Of a stretch of 64,000 nt of DNA, positions 10,898-22,347 are shown one piece after another; position 1 is the first letter of the stretch; the number at the start of each line of letters is the position of its first letter. The position numbers and the translations under genes are program-made. The notes under the pieces are model-generated. The model was not told where the DNA came from. It made no database searches and saw nothing but the letters and a program-made list of their open reading frames with translations. The DNA lies in the sequence record SRR22947725_1805; one strand, given 5' to 3'.

Positions 10898-10909
10898 TTG
10901 TTCTTAAAC

Positions 10910-10985
10910 CACAATGGAACGGAAGGGCAACCGTTCCATTGTGTTCCGTTATCTAAACGAAACCGGAAGAAGTGGAACCGGTTGC
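10910..10985. promoter_or_regulatory. 13-bp inverted repeat plus LacI-type operator-like sites upstream of the sugar ABC operon
   Basis: CACAATGGAACGG-N8-CCGTTCCATTGTG (10910-10943); TGGAACCGGTTGC (10973-10985); a near copy TGGAAC-GGTTGC on the minus strand inside the repeat. Confidence 0.5.
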
Positions 10986-11068
10986 TCAATGTTGTTATGG
11001 TGGGCACATCCCACGGTGTTGTGGCTTGACGCCGAGGGAACATTTATCCGCATAACTAAGGAGTTCCA

Positions 11069-12454
11069 ATGAGGCACTTTGTACGTAGCCGCACGATGCT
11101 CGGCGTTGCCACGCTTTCCGTGGCCGCTTTGGCACTGGCCGGCTGTGCAGCTGCAGATGATGCTGGCGACACCGCCGCTGATGTTGTCGCTGACACAGAC
11201 ACCGCAATGGCAGCAGGCTGTGAAGCTTTCGCTGACTACATGGGTAACGAGGGCGAGACGGTTGAAATTTACACGACCATCATCGAGCCCGAGTCCACTC
11301 TCTTCCAGGAGTCCTTCGTGGAGTTCGAAGACTGCACCGGAATCACCATTGAGTGGAACGGTGACCAGGCTTTTGAAGAGCAGATCGCCGTCCGCGTTGC
11401 CGGTGGCACCGCTCCCGACCTCGCGATCTTCCCTCAGCCTGGACTTTTGAAGTCTTTCGCCGCTGACATGGTTCCCGCATCAGCTGCTGTTGCGTCCTCC
11501 GTTGACAGCAACTACACCGCTGACTGGAAGAACTACGGCACCGTCGATGGCACCTTCTATGCAGCACCTCTTGGTGCAAACGTGAAGTCCTTCGTCTGGT
11601 ACTCGCCTAAAACCTTCGCAGACAATGGCTGGTCAATCCCCACCACGTGGGATGCAATGCTCACCTTGTCGGATGAGATTGCAGCCAGTGACTATGCGGG
11701 TACCGCATGGTGTGCCGGTATCGAGTCTGGTGCCGCTACTGGTTGGGCCGCTACGGACTGGATGGAAGACTTGATGCTTCGTTTCCAGGATGCAGCCACC
11801 TATGACTCATGGGTCGACCACAGCATGCCCTTCAACGACCCCAAGGTTGCTGAAGTTATCGCTGAAGCCGGCAAGATCCTGAAGAACGCTGACTATGTCG
11901 GCAACGTCTCCGCAATCGCCACCACCAGCTTCTCTGCTGGTGGAGCCGGTGTGGTTGACGGTAGCTGCGCCATGCACCGCCAGGCATCGTTCCTCGGTGG
12001 AATCTTGGTTGGCGACTACGGAGCAACTGTTGTGAGCCCAGAGGACACCGATGTTGAAAGTGGAATTTCTACCTTCTACTTCCCCGGTGTGAGTGCTGAC
12101 TCAACTCCCGCCCTCGGTGGTGGAGAGTTCGTTGGTGCCTTCAGCGACGCTCCTGCTGTTGCAGCTGTTCAGTTGTACCTGACCAGCCCAGACTGGAACA
12201 ACGCCAAGGCAGCTCTTGGTGGTTGGTTCTCGGCAAACCTCGGACTGGACACAGCAAACGTTGCTGACCCCGTCAACGCGGTAGCTGTTGAAATCCTCCA
12301 GAACGCCTCCACCTTCCGCTTCGACGCATCTGACTTGATGCCCGGAGAAGTTGGTGCAGGATCCTTCTGGACCGAAATGACCGCATGGATTGCTGAAGAC
12401 AAAGCAGATCAGGCTGTCCTGGACGCCATTGAGGCAACCTGGCCAGCTAGCTAG
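11069..12454 (+). CDS. sugar ABC transporter substrate-binding lipoprotein (alpha-glucoside/AglE-like)
   Basis: Lipobox LAGC, PQPG, KSFVWY, WCAGIESG.ATGW..TDW.ED, FRFDASDLMP; AAGGAG RBS. Confidence 0.9.
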   Translation: MRHFVRSRTMLGVATLSVAALALAGCAAADDAGDTAADVVADTDTAMAAGCEAFADYMGNEGETVEIYTTIIEPESTLFQESFVEFEDCTGITIEWNGDQAFEEQIAVRVAGGTAPDLAIFPQPGLLKSFAADMVPASAAVASSVDSNYTADWKNYGTVDGTFYAAPLGANVKSFVWYSPKTFADNGWSIPTTWDAMLTLSDEIAASDYAGTAWCAGIESGAATGWAATDWMEDLMLRFQDAATYDSWVDHSMPFNDPKVAEVIAEAGKILKNADYVGNVSAIATTSFSAGGAGVVDGSCAMHRQASFLGGILVGDYGATVVSPEDTDVESGISTFYFPGVSADSTPALGGGEFVGAFSDAPAVAAVQLYLTSPDWNNAKAALGGWFSANLGLDTANVADPVNAVAVEILQNASTFRFDASDLMPGEVGAGSFWTEMTAWIAEDKADQAVLDAIEATWPAS

Positions 12455-12480
12455 TCCAACGCTAACTGCGTAACATCAGA

Positions 12481-12509
12481 GGGGGACTTGCTCACTGAGC
12501 AAGTCCCCC
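12481..12509 (+). terminator. strong intercistronic hairpin (partial terminator or mRNA stabiliser after the binding-protein gene)
   Basis: GGGGGACTTGCTCA-C-TGAGCAAGTCCCCC, perfect 14-bp inverted repeat. Confidence 0.75.
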
Positions 12510-12550
12510 ATCTGTTGCTTTGATGATGAGGCAGCGAAAGGCGGAGAAAT

Positions 12551-13537
12551 ATGAGAAATACACTCTGGGAAACTATTGCCCCCAATCTGACCCTCCTGGT
12601 GATTTCGTTGGCCGCGTTCGCCGCAGTCATCTACGCCCTCTTTCTCATCGGCTCACGCGCTTCCGTGAAGTGGCAGGGTTGGCTCCGTTACGGAATTTTT
12701 CTCGGCCCCGCGCTTCTGCTGCTTGTGGTGGGCCTGATTTATCCAGCGCTGCGCACCCTCTGGATGTCCTTCATGGACAAAAGCAGCGAGAACTTTATCG
12801 GCTTTGACAACTACATCTGGGCCTTCAGCATTCCTGAGATTCAGATCGTTCTTCGCAATACCATGCTCTGGGTTATCTTTGTCCCTCTGCTGTCCACCCT
12901 TATCGGCCTCGCTATCGCGTATATGACCGACCGCATGAAGCGCGCTGGAATCGTTAAGTCCCTCATCTTCATGCCCATGGCTATCTCTTTTGTGGGAGCC
13001 AGTGTGATCTGGAACTTTGTCTATAACTTCGAGCCCAGCGAGAACAAGCCAGAAATCGGGCTTCTCAACGCGATTAACCGCGGGTTGGGGCTTGAACCCC
13101 AGAATTTTCTTCTCACGCCGCCGTGGAATACCTTCTTTTTGATTATCGTTTTGGTCTGGATTCAAACCGGATTTGCCATGGTCATACTCTCCGCTGCGAT
13201 GAAGAATGTTCCCGACGAAGTGGTCGAGGCGGCCATGCTCGATGGTGCGAGCAATTGGCGCCGTTTCACCAGGGTTACGCTTCCCATGATCAGAGGGACC
13301 GTCGTGGTGGTGCTCACCACCATCACGATCGGAACGCTGAAGGTTTTCGACATCGTTCGAACGATGACCGGTGGTAATTTTCAAACCAACGTGATTGCCA
13401 ACGAGATGTATGCCCAATCGTTCCGCCAACTCAACTACGGACAGGGTTCGACCCTGGCGGTGATCCTCTTCATCGGGGTGGTGCCCATTATTTGGTACAA
13501 CGTGCGACAACTGCGCCTGGAGAGGACGGAACGATAA
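12551..13537 (+). CDS. sugar ABC transporter permease
   Basis: Multiple TMs, EAA loop EAAMLDGA. Confidence 0.92.
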   Translation: MRNTLWETIAPNLTLLVISLAAFAAVIYALFLIGSRASVKWQGWLRYGIFLGPALLLLVVGLIYPALRTLWMSFMDKSSENFIGFDNYIWAFSIPEIQIVLRNTMLWVIFVPLLSTLIGLAIAYMTDRMKRAGIVKSLIFMPMAISFVGASVIWNFVYNFEPSENKPEIGLLNAINRGLGLEPQNFLLTPPWNTFFLIIVLVWIQTGFAMVILSAAMKNVPDEVVEAAMLDGASNWRRFTRVTLPMIRGTVVVVLTTITIGTLKVFDIVRTMTGGNFQTNVIANEMYAQSFRQLNYGQGSTLAVILFIGVVPIIWYNVRQLRLERTER

Positions 13538-14463
13538 TGACTATTCTCACCCCCGCGGCGACCAAGCGAAAAAAAGCTAAAGACGCCTTCTCCTCACCCA
13601 TTGCCTCTGGCATTGCCATCGTGATTGCGGTTCTGTGGACGATTCCCACTTTCAGCTTGCTCGTGACCTCTATTAGGCCTGAGCAAGACATCAACACTTC
13701 GGGATGGTGGACGTTTTTCGTCAACCCCAGCGTGTCCCTTGAAAACTACGAAAAAGTTCTGTTTGTCGGAACGGGTGTGAACCCGCCAATGTTCCAGTAC
13801 TTCTTCAACTCTCTTGCGGTCACTATTCCCTCCGTGATATTCCCGATCACCCTGGCTGTTTTTGCCGCGTATGCTCTGGCCTGGTTTGATTTCAAAGGCC
13901 GTGACTTCATCTTCTTCTCCATCTTTGCTCTTCAAGTGGTTCCCCTCCAGCTCACCCTGGTGCCGCTGCTTCAGCTGTTTGCCAAAGGGTTAGTCATCGG
14001 CGAAACCACCCTGATTCCTGCTCTAGGAATCACCGGTACCTATATTCCGATTTGGATCGCGCACACCATTTTTGGTTTGCCGTTGGCGATTTTCCTTCTC
14101 CACAATTTCCTGCGCCAGATTCCTCGCGAATTGATTGAAGCCGGACGCGTGGATGGCGCTAACTGGTTCACCATGTTTACAAAAATTGTGTTGCCGCTGA
14201 GCATCCCCGCCATCGCGTCCTTCCTGATTTTCCAATTCCTGTGGGTGTGGAATGACTTACTTGTCGGATTGACCTTTGGCGCGGGCTCCAAATCTGTCGC
14301 ACCGATGACAGTCCGCTTGGCCGAGATGGTCGGAACCAGGGGTTCTGGTTGGGAAGTGTTGACAGCGGGCGCGTTCGTCTCGATCATTGTGCCGCTGATT
14401 GTGTTCTTCGCTCTCCAGCGTTACTTCGTCCGAGGTCTTCTGGCAGGCTCCGTTAAGGGCTAA
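13537..14463 (+). CDS. sugar ABC transporter permease
   Basis: EAGRVDGA, FLWVWND, QRYFVRGL; start ATG overlaps the upstream TAA (TAATG). Confidence 0.92.
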   Translation: MTILTPAATKRKKAKDAFSSPIASGIAIVIAVLWTIPTFSLLVTSIRPEQDINTSGWWTFFVNPSVSLENYEKVLFVGTGVNPPMFQYFFNSLAVTIPSVIFPITLAVFAAYALAWFDFKGRDFIFFSIFALQVVPLQLTLVPLLQLFAKGLVIGETTLIPALGITGTYIPIWIAHTIFGLPLAIFLLHNFLRQIPRELIEAGRVDGANWFTMFTKIVLPLSIPAIASFLIFQFLWVWNDLLVGLTFGAGSKSVAPMTVRLAEMVGTRGSGWEVLTAGAFVSIIVPLIVFFALQRYFVRGLLAGSVKG

Positions 14464-15842
14464 GGCCTGGAGTGAAAGACATCGCGCAAGAAATGCGCGC
14501 TGTCTTTAGGGGTTCGCTTTTGGGTGTCGGCATCCACTCGAATGATGCCGAAACGTTTGGTCCAGCCTTCTGCCCACTCCAAATTGTCAAAGAGTGACCA
14601 GGCGAAGTAACCCCTAATGTCGACACCTTGGTCTTTAGCATCAAACACTGCCGACAGGTGGTCGGCGTAGTACTGCACGCGCTGATGGTCATGGATGCCA
14701 TCTTCTTGTACGACATCGTGAAACGCGGCGCCGTTTTCGGTGACGAAAAGGGGAACACCGGGTAAGCGCTCCTGTGTGGCGAGCAGTGTCGTGGTGAGAC
14801 TGGAGGCATCGATTTCCCAGCCCATCGCCGTTCGAGGTGCCCGTGGGACAAAGGAAACGCCGCTAACCCCGGGGTACACGCTGGAATTTTGGCCCACAAT
14901 CTTCCCTGCATTCGCTGGCGTCGAGGCCACTCGGGTCGGGGTGTAGTAATTGATGCCGAGCCATGAAACGGGTTCGGCAGCCATTCTCAGGCCATCTTCG
15001 GTGACAAAATCCCAGTCCGTGATGGAGCGTGTGGCCTCGACCACATCTGCGGGGAGGCCTCGACCGGCGAGCAGGTCCAGGAACATTCGGTTTTGTAGGC
15101 CATCGATGATCTGGGCTTGGTGCTCCACCCCATCGTCCTCGGCGAGGATAGTCGTGAGATTCAACACAATCCCCGGGTTGCTGATGCCCGCAGATTTCAA
15201 CGCCTGAAGACCGTGGCCGCTGGCCACCATCAGGCGATAGAACGCCTCGAGGCTCTGGGCGGGGTTGGTCAGACCTGGGGCGTGAATACCCGCGGCATAA
15301 CCCAAGAAGGCCGATACCCAGGGCTCGTTGAGGGTGGCAAAGGTGTCAATCCGGTCACCAAAGTGATCCGCCACCAGATGGGCGTAATCGGCAAACCATT
15401 TGTGGCTGTCGGGATTGAGCCAGCCACCTTTATCCTGCAACGCTTGGGGTAAATCCCAGTGATACAGGGTGGCATAAGGGGTGAGGTTCCTCTCAAGAAT
15501 CCCCTCCACCAGACGGTCATACACGTCAAGACCTTTGGCGGCAGGGGCGCCTGTGCCCTCAGGGATAAGCCTGGGCCACGAGAAGGAGAAGCGGTAGGCG
15601 TCAACGCCCAAGCTCTGAATCAGGTCGAGGTCTTCTGAAATATGGGCCAGGTGATCACACGCAGGGTCTGCTGTTGCGCCATCGAGTACCTTGCCAGGTG
15701 TTTCCGAGAAGGTGTCCCAGATGCTTCGTCCCCTGCCCTGGGAGTCACCCTCAATTTGCCAGGAAGATGTTGCAACACCCACTGTGAAATCCCCTGGGAT
15801 TCGTGCGGCTATGGCTTGGGCATCAGGTAAATCATGGTTCAT
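14460..15842 (-). CDS. GH1 beta-glucosidase
   Basis: ATSSWQIEG, YRFSFSWPR, LYHWDLP, catalytic NEP and TENG, DNLEWAEG. Confidence 0.93.
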   Translation of the reverse strand: MNHDLPDAQAIAARIPGDFTVGVATSSWQIEGDSQGRGRSIWDTFSETPGKVLDGATADPACDHLAHISEDLDLIQSLGVDAYRFSFSWPRLIPEGTGAPAAKGLDVYDRLVEGILERNLTPYATLYHWDLPQALQDKGGWLNPDSHKWFADYAHLVADHFGDRIDTFATLNEPWVSAFLGYAAGIHAPGLTNPAQSLEAFYRLMVASGHGLQALKSAGISNPGIVLNLTTILAEDDGVEHQAQIIDGLQNRMFLDLLAGRGLPADVVEATRSITDWDFVTEDGLRMAAEPVSWLGINYYTPTRVASTPANAGKIVGQNSSVYPGVSGVSFVPRAPRTAMGWEIDASSLTTTLLATQERLPGVPLFVTENGAAFHDVVQEDGIHDHQRVQYYADHLSAVFDAKDQGVDIRGYFAWSLFDNLEWAEGWTKRFGIIRVDADTQKRTPKDSAHFLRDVFHSRP

Positions 15843-15879
15843 ATCCCACAGACTAGTGGCGCAGTGAAAGGAATCGGCC

Positions 15880-16401
15880 ATGGCCAAAGCGCAACCCTTT
15901 GAAGTTCTTTCCACCCTCGCAGGTGGGATCGAGTTGCGGCACTACCCCGCCCACACGGTGATCTCCGTAGAAGTGAGTGCTGACTTTGAATCGGCGGGGA
16001 GCATAGCCTTTGGTCCCCTTGTGAGTTACATTTCCGGCGCGAACACCACGGGCCAAAAAATGGCGATGACCGCGCCTGTGGTTCAAGCCCCCCATGCCGA
16101 CTCCCACACCATAAGTTTTGTTCTTCCCGAAGGCACCGACCCCCACGCAGCACCACTTCCCGTTGATGGAAGGGTCAGTGTCGGCCAGGTAGCGCCCCGA
16201 GAGGTGGCAGCCCTTCGCTTTAGCGGATCCTGGCGCAAAGACCGGGTGATGCAGAAAACCCAGCTCCTTCTTGAGGGTTTAGCAACACAGGGAATCAAGG
16301 TCTCAGGTGACGTGTTTTATGGTCGTTTTGATTCCCCCGCTGTGCCTGGTTTTTTGCGACACAACGAAGCTCTCGTCGAAGTGGCTAACCTTCATCCCTG
16401 A
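15880..16401 (+). CDS. SOUL family heme-binding protein
   Basis: ELR.Y, AF..L..YISG.N, K.AMTAPV, F.G.W, R.NE motifs. Confidence 0.85.
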   Translation: MAKAQPFEVLSTLAGGIELRHYPAHTVISVEVSADFESAGSIAFGPLVSYISGANTTGQKMAMTAPVVQAPHADSHTISFVLPEGTDPHAAPLPVDGRVSVGQVAPREVAALRFSGSWRKDRVMQKTQLLLEGLATQGIKVSGDVFYGRFDSPAVPGFLRHNEALVEVANLHP

Positions 16402-16474
16402 CTGGAGGTGTCGCGCCTTATTACCAGCCAGTGGGTTGCTACCCTGGTCTAAATAACTGCACATTGGGCTTCAC

Positions 16475-16646
16475 GCTATGCGGGAGAGACACCGAAGAAA
16501 GGTGTCACCGAAGGAGCAAGCTTCCCCGCCAATCTCTCAGGTCCCCGTACCGCATAGCTTGGCCACTCTGAAAAGTGGAAGAACCTTTCCCGCCGACGGT
16601 GAAAGCGCACAATGTGCGTGAAACTCTCAGGCTTATGACAGAGGGG
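16475..16646 (+). promoter_or_regulatory. tandem glycine riboswitch
   Basis: Aptamer 1: GCTATGCGG-GAGAG...CCGAAGGAGCAA...CTCTCAGG...ACCGCATAGC. Aptamer 2: CTCTG-AAAAG...CGCCGACGGTGAAAG...AAACTCTCAGG...ACAGAG. Directly upstream of gcvT. Confidence 0.93.
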
Positions 16647-16688
16647 GAGTCACCAAGGGCATGCCCTTTATTCGACTCCAGGAGACCC

Positions 16689-17795
16689 GTGAGCCAACAA
16701 ACCCCGCTTCACGCCGCGCACGAGCGCGCGGGAGCTTCGTTCACCGATTTTGCAGGTTTCGACATGCCCCTGCGCTATGACTCCGACCTGGTGGAGCACA
16801 AAGCCGTGCGGACCACCGCCGGAATGTTTGACCTCTCCCATATGGCAGAAATTACGGTTACCGGTTCCCAAGCAGCCGCTTTTCTGGACTACGCGCTCAG
16901 TAATCGCCTCTCAGCACTGGAAGACCATCAAGCAAAGTACTCGCTTCTGCTGACCGAATCCGGCGGGGTTGTTGATGACCTGATCGTGTATCGCCTGGGC
17001 GAGACAGAATTTCTCATTGTTGCCAATGCCGCCAACCGCCAACCAGCCCTTGGGGCCCTGAAGGCTCGAGCGGCTGGGTTTGAGGTTGCGGTCACGGACT
17101 CCAGCGAACAGTGGGCGCTCATCGCTGTCCAGGGACCCCAGGCCAAAACTATTCTTGAACACTCCGGCATCGAGATTCCCGCAGGCTTGGATGAGCTTCG
17201 GTACTACCGGATTACCCCCGGGAAATTTCATACCGACACCGTGTGGGTTGCCCGAACGGGATACACCGGGGAAGACGGATATGAGATTTTTATACCAAGC
17301 CACGGCGCTGAAGCACTCTGGAATGAACTCGAAGCAACTGGTGCTGGGCACGGCATGATTTTGTGCGGTTTGGCCTGCCGTGACACGTTGCGTTTAGAAG
17401 CGGGAATGCCGCTGTATGGTCACGAACTAGGTCTGCATATTGCCCCGGCCCAAGCGGGTCTTGGCCGCGTCGTCGTTGCCGAGAAAGAACGCTTTGTCGG
17501 CAAGGAAGCGCTCGCGCTCGGGTCCGAGGGCAAAAGGGTCCTGGTGGGTTTGGTGGCAGAGGGCAAAAGAGCCCCCCGAGCGGGCTATGCCGTGCTCACT
17601 AGCGCAGGCGCCCTCGTTGGGGAGGTTACCTCCGGTGCGCTCTCGCCCACCCTGGGGTACCCGATTGCGATGGCGTTTGTTGAAGCTGACTATGCCGCCG
17701 CAGAATCCGAGCTCATGGTTGATGTCCGAGGCTCACACCTGAGGGTTACCGTGCACCAACTACCGTTCTATCAGCGAAAGAAGGCCGTATCATGA
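16689..17795 (+). CDS. gcvT: glycine cleavage system aminomethyltransferase T
   Basis: [32 protein letters not shown] start after an AGGAG RBS. Confidence 0.96.
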   Translation: MSQQTPLHAAHERAGASFTDFAGFDMPLRYDSDLVEHKAVRTTAGMFDLSHMAEITVTGSQAAAFLDYALSNRLSALEDHQAKYSLLLTESGGVVDDLIVYRLGETEFLIVANAANRQPALGALKARAAGFEVAVTDSSEQWALIAVQGPQAKTILEHSGIEIPAGLDELRYYRITPGKFHTDTVWVARTGYTGEDGYEIFIPSHGAEALWNELEATGAGHGMILCGLACRDTLRLEAGMPLYGHELGLHIAPAQAGLGRVVVAEKERFVGKEALALGSEGKRVLVGLVAEGKRAPRAGYAVLTSAGALVGEVTSGALSPTLGYPIAMAFVEADYAAAESELMVDVRGSHLRVTVHQLPFYQRKKAVS

Positions 17796-18163
17796 GTGTC
17801 CCCGAAAACCTGCTCTACACCAAAGACCACGAGTGGATTTCTCTCGAGGGCGATGTTGCGACCGTGGGCATCACGCAGTACGCAGCGGACGCGCTGGGCG
17901 ATGTGGTCTTTGTCGCACTCCCCGCTGTGGGAGATACCGTCAGTATGGGGGCCATTGTCGGCGAGGTGGAATCTACCAAGTCCGTGGGTGAAATCTTTGC
18001 CCCGGTGGCGGGTGAAGTCATGGAAGCCAACGATTCCGTCGTTGATGCACCCGACACCGTCAACTCTGATCCCTATGGCGCAGGATGGCTCATGAAAGTT
18101 CGCTTCACCACCGCACCCGAGGGCATGGATGCAGCGGCCTACCAGGCATTGATCGGAGACTAG
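17792..18163 (+). CDS. gcvH: glycine cleavage system H protein
   Basis: YTKDHEW, ESTKSV lipoyl-Lys, N.DPYG.GW. Confidence 0.97.
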   Translation: MSVPENLLYTKDHEWISLEGDVATVGITQYAADALGDVVFVALPAVGDTVSMGAIVGEVESTKSVGEIFAPVAGEVMEANDSVVDAPDTVNSDPYGAGWLMKVRFTTAPEGMDAAAYQALIGD

Positions 18164-18167
18164 GACC

Positions 18168-21104
18168 ATGACCGGTTTCGCCAATCGTCACATCGGGACA
18201 GATGCATCTGCCCAGGCTTTGATGTTGAGTGCCCTCGGGTATGACTCGCTTCCCGCTTTGATGGACGCTGCGGTGCCGGGGCATTTGCGTATGGCAGAAA
18301 TTGTCCACTCAGCTATTCCTGCAGCCGCCAGCGAGGCAGAAGCGCTCGCTGAGCTCCGCGCGCTTGCCGATGCGAATACGATTCGCCGTTCGCTCATTGG
18401 CCAGGGCTATTACGGCACCCACACCCCCTCGGTCATTAAGCGCAATGTGCTGGAAAACCCCAGCTGGTACACCGCCTACACCCCCTACCAGCCAGAGATT
18501 TCTCAAGGCCGGCTCGAAGCGCTTCTCAACTTCCAAACGATGGTTGCTGACCTCACCGGAATGGCCATCGCGAATGCCTCCATGCTGGATGAATCAACCG
18601 CTGTGGCCGAGGCGATGCTGTTGGCCCGCCGCGCCTCGAAGCAAGCAAGCCCGGTGTTCCTGATAGACCAGGACGCACTGGAGCAGACCAAGGCGATCGT
18701 TCGCGGTCGTGCGGAACCACTGGGAATCGAGATCGTGGAAACTGATTTTCAGGGGGCGCTGCCCGAGTGCTTTGGTGGGTTTATCCAATACCCCGGCGCG
18801 TCGGGACGCATTGTGAATCCTCGCCCGGCCATTGAGGGACTGCACTCCCACCAGGCACTGGCCATTGTGGCGGCAGACCTGTTGGCGATGACGCTGATTG
18901 TCCCACCGGGTGAAATGGGCGCCGATATTGCTGTGGGGACATCGCAACGCTTCGGAATTCCGCTGGGCTTTGGTGGACCTCATGCAGGCTATCTCGCGGT
19001 TCGCGAAGGGCTCGAGCGCCAAATGCCCGGTCGCCTCATCGGCGTCTCCAAAGACGCCGATGGTAACCCCGCCTACCGCTTGACCCTGCAAACCCGCGAG
19101 CAACACATCAGGCGGGACAAGGCCACGAGCAACATTTGCACCGCCCAAGTTCTTCTCGCCGTCATGGCGGGAATGTTCGCGGTCTATCACGGCCCCGATG
19201 GCCTCACCGCTATCGCCCGCGCTGTTGCCGCTAAGACGGCAGGGCTTGCCGAGGCTCTTCGCCAGGCAGGACACGTTGTGGTGAACGAAAACTTTTTCGA
19301 CACGATTCTCTTGCGCGTGCCAGGGGCTGCCGAGGCTTTGGTGGCTAAGGCGGCTGCGGTGGGAGTTCTACTCCACCGTGTGGACGAGGACCACCTCACA
19401 CTGTCGATGGATGAAACCACCACCGGTGTCAACACCGGTGTGATGGCGGGAGAGCTCGAGCAAAAGCTTGCCTCAATTTTTGAACTCCCCGACTACGTTG
19501 GTCACGACGGTGCGGTTGATGTGGGGGAGGGGATGGCCCGCTCAAGCAGCTTCTTAGAGCACCCCGTGTTCCATTCCCATCACTCAGAGACCTCTTTGAT
19601 GCGGTATCTGAAGTCGCTGGCGGATAAGGATTACGCGCTAGATCGCGGAATGATTCCCCTGGGCAGCTGCACCATGAAACTCAACGCCGCCACCGAAATG
19701 GAAGCGGTGAGTTGGCCAGAGTTTTCAGGCCTGCACCCCTTCGCTCCAGTGGAGGACACCCAGGGTTATTTGGTCATGATTTCTCACCTCGAACAGTGGC
19801 TTTCCGAGCTCACCGGGTATGACTCAGTTTCTCTTCAGCCCAATGCAGGGAGCCAGGGTGAATATGCCGGGCTCTTGGCCATTCGGGGGTATCACCGCTC
19901 CCGCGGTGATGATCACCGCAATGTCTGCTTGATTCCTGCCAGCGCCCACGGCACCAACGCCGCAAGCGCTGTGTTGGCGGGAATGAAAGTGGTGGTCGTG
20001 GCGTGTAACGACCGAGGCGACGTCGACATTGATGATGTGAGTGCCAAGATTGCCGAGCACCGAGGTGTTCTTGCTGCATTGATGGTGACCTATCCCTCCA
20101 CCCACGGCGTCTATGAGGCGGGAATCAAGGACATCACGGATGCTGTCCATGAGGCTGGCGGTCAGGTCTATATCGATGGCGCTAACCTGAACGCGCTCGT
20201 GGGTTTCTCCCGCTACGGCGACATCGGGGGAGATGTTTCGCATCTGAACCTTCACAAGACCTTCTGTATTCCTCACGGTGGCGGCGGACCCGGTGTGGGA
20301 CCTGTTGGGGCCAAAGCCCACCTGGCCCCCTTCCTTCCTGGCCACCCGATGGCTCAGATGGATCAGCACCCACCCTTTGATTCCGCCACCGGTGAAGCCG
20401 GTTCGGTGATTCATGGCGGGGTTCCCGTGTCTGGCGCACCCTATGGAAGCGCCAGCATCTTGCCCATTCCTTGGGCGTATGTGCGGATGATGGGACCGCA
20501 GGGGCTTGCTGATGCCACCGCTGCGGCCGTCCTAGCAGCCAACTATGTCGCCCACGCTCTCAGAGGGCACTATGACGTCCTTTACACCGGGGATAACGGT
20601 CTCGTTGCCCACGAAGCGGTGATTGATATTCGTCCCTTGACCCAAGAAACAGGGGTCACCGTGGATGACGTCGCAAAGCGCTTAGTGGATTATGGCTTCC
20701 ACGCCCCCACGATGTCGTTCCCGGTGGCGGGAACGCTGATGATTGAGCCCACTGAGAGCGAAGATCTTGGCGAGTTAGAGCGCTTTATTGACGCGATGAT
20801 CGCCATTCGTGAAGAAGCGGCACAGCTGAAGGCTGGGGCGTGGCCTGCGGAAGATAACCCGTTGGTGAATGCACCTCACACCGCTGCGGCGGTAACTTCG
20901 AGCGTGTGGGATCACCCCTACTCCAGGGAGCTCGCCTGCTATCCGGCCGAAATGCGCCGCCGGGGCGGTGTGGTGGAGGGAACATCCCTCGCTGCTGCGC
21001 CAGCGGTCACCGGCAAGTACTGGCCACCGGTCCGTCGGGTCGACCAGGCGTTTGGGGACCGCAACCTGGTGTGTGCGTGTCCGCCGATAGAGGCGTTTGC
21101 CTAA
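18168..21104 (+). CDS. gcvP: glycine dehydrogenase (P protein)
   Basis: [40 protein letters not shown]-Lys. Confidence 0.98.
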   Translation: MTGFANRHIGTDASAQALMLSALGYDSLPALMDAAVPGHLRMAEIVHSAIPAAASEAEALAELRALADANTIRRSLIGQGYYGTHTPSVIKRNVLENPSWYTAYTPYQPEISQGRLEALLNFQTMVADLTGMAIANASMLDESTAVAEAMLLARRASKQASPVFLIDQDALEQTKAIVRGRAEPLGIEIVETDFQGALPECFGGFIQYPGASGRIVNPRPAIEGLHSHQALAIVAADLLAMTLIVPPGEMGADIAVGTSQRFGIPLGFGGPHAGYLAVREGLERQMPGRLIGVSKDADGNPAYRLTLQTREQHIRRDKATSNICTAQVLLAVMAGMFAVYHGPDGLTAIARAVAAKTAGLAEALRQAGHVVVNENFFDTILLRVPGAAEALVAKAAAVGVLLHRVDEDHLTLSMDETTTGVNTGVMAGELEQKLASIFELPDYVGHDGAVDVGEGMARSSSFLEHPVFHSHHSETSLMRYLKSLADKDYALDRGMIPLGSCTMKLNAATEMEAVSWPEFSGLHPFAPVEDTQGYLVMISHLEQWLSELTGYDSVSLQPNAGSQGEYAGLLAIRGYHRSRGDDHRNVCLIPASAHGTNAASAVLAGMKVVVVACNDRGDVDIDDVSAKIAEHRGVLAALMVTYPSTHGVYEAGIKDITDAVHEAGGQVYIDGANLNALVGFSRYGDIGGDVSHLNLHKTFCIPHGGGGPGVGPVGAKAHLAPFLPGHPMAQMDQHPPFDSATGEAGSVIHGGVPVSGAPYGSASILPIPWAYVRMMGPQGLADATAAAVLAANYVAHALRGHYDVLYTGDNGLVAHEAVIDIRPLTQETGVTVDDVAKRLVDYGFHAPTMSFPVAGTLMIEPTESEDLGELERFIDAMIAIREEAAQLKAGAWPAEDNPLVNAPHTAAAVTSSVWDHPYSRELACYPAEMRRRGGVVEGTSLAAAPAVTGKYWPPVRRVDQAFGDRNLVCACPPIEAFA

Positions 21105-21574
21105 ACGTTGGCGAGTTCGCGCTTGAGAGTTGCGGCGCTTTGGAAGGTAGCGCCAACCAGGGATACGTGCTTCCAGCCGAGCCGGCCATCTTCATCGATG
21201 ATAAAGATGCTGCGCCGAATGCCAATCCCCATGAGCCCCACGCCGTAGGCGGAGACGACGTCACCTTTTTCGTCGGAGAGCAACGGGAAACCCAAGCGCT
21301 TGGAGCGAGCGAACTTTTCGTGGCTCCCAAAAGCTTGCCGGGAGATTCCCCAGACCTCGGCACCAAGCTCCTTGAACGCTTCCATTTCGTCCTCATAGCT
21401 ACACAGTTGCATGGTGCAGCCAGGGGAATTATCAGCGGGATAAAAAGCCAGAACCACCTTGTGGCCGCGGCGCCCGGAAAGGGTGAAGTGGGCCTTCTGC
21501 GCCTGCCCGTCTACCATGGTGGTTCCCGGCAGGGTGAAGTCGGGCGCAATGTCGCCAAGCTCAGGTGTGTTCAC
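21101..21574 (-). CDS. BCP/PrxQ-type peroxiredoxin
   Basis: [21 protein letters not shown] (CxxxxC). Confidence 0.9.
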   Translation of the reverse strand: MNTPELGDIAPDFTLPGTTMVDGQAQKAHFTLSGRRGHKVVLAFYPADNSPGCTMQLCSYEDEMEAFKELGAEVWGISRQAFGSHEKFARSKRLGFPLLSDEKGDVVSAYGVGLMGIGIRRSIFIIDEDGRLGWKHVSLVGATFQSAATLKRELANV

Positions 21575-21594
21575 GAGGAGAAACGCTAACTTAC

Positions 21595-22344
21595 CTAACC
21601 GAGAATTTCCGGGTAGTAGCTGAGAGCTATCGGGTATCCCACAAAAGCGACGACATCAATCAGGGTGTGCCCAACGATCAACGGAGCAAGTCGGTGGGTT
21701 CGGGAATAGATCCAGCCAAAGATCAGACCCATGATGACGTTTCCGATGAACGCTCCAAAGCCCTGATACAGGTGGTAGGTGCCGCGCAGAAGAGCCTGGG
21801 TGGCAATGATTCCCCACATCGGCATGCCGAGCTGTTTAAGCCGGGCAAAAAGGTATCCCACGGCAATGACCTCTTCCACAAGCCCGGCGCGGAGAGCGAG
21901 GGCGAGCAGCAGGGGGATAGTCCACCAGTAGGTGGTGAGTGCTGTGGGCACCACGGTGACGGTGAGGTCTAGTTCGCGGCCCAACAGGTAGACACCGAGG
22001 CCTGGGATGCCAATCAGGGCGGCGAGTCCGAATCCGGAGGAACCATCTCGAACAGGTTGTGAACGATCGAGCCCGAGCGCACCTAATCGAGGCTTCGTTG
22101 GTGCCCACAGCAGGAACATCACCAGAGCCACCGGAACAAGGCTGGAAAGTATTCCCAGTGCTTGGTAGGTGAAGTCTGCCCATTCCAGGGTGCTGGCAGA
22201 AGAATTGATTGTTGCGGTTTGTTCTGACAGCGGCGCTTCTCGAGTGACCCGCACGATGATGCCCACCAGGGAATACAGCGCACTCATTCCCACACTCAGC
22301 CCCAAGACCAGGGCTATTTCAACCCCAAGGCGGCCTTTGCTCAT
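21595..22344 (-). CDS. CPBP (CAAX/Abi) family intramembrane metalloprotease
   Basis: EE motif, YHLYQG, H..ID, multiple TMs. Confidence 0.88.
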   Translation of the reverse strand: MSKGRLGVEIALVLGLSVGMSALYSLVGIIVRVTREAPLSEQTATINSSASTLEWADFTYQALGILSSLVPVALVMFLLWAPTKPRLGALGLDRSQPVRDGSSGFGLAALIGIPGLGVYLLGRELDLTVTVVPTALTTYWWTIPLLLALALRAGLVEEVIAVGYLFARLKQLGMPMWGIIATQALLRGTYHLYQGFGAFIGNVIMGLIFGWIYSRTHRLAPLIVGHTLIDVVAFVGYPIALSYYPEILG

Positions 22345-22347
22345 GGC

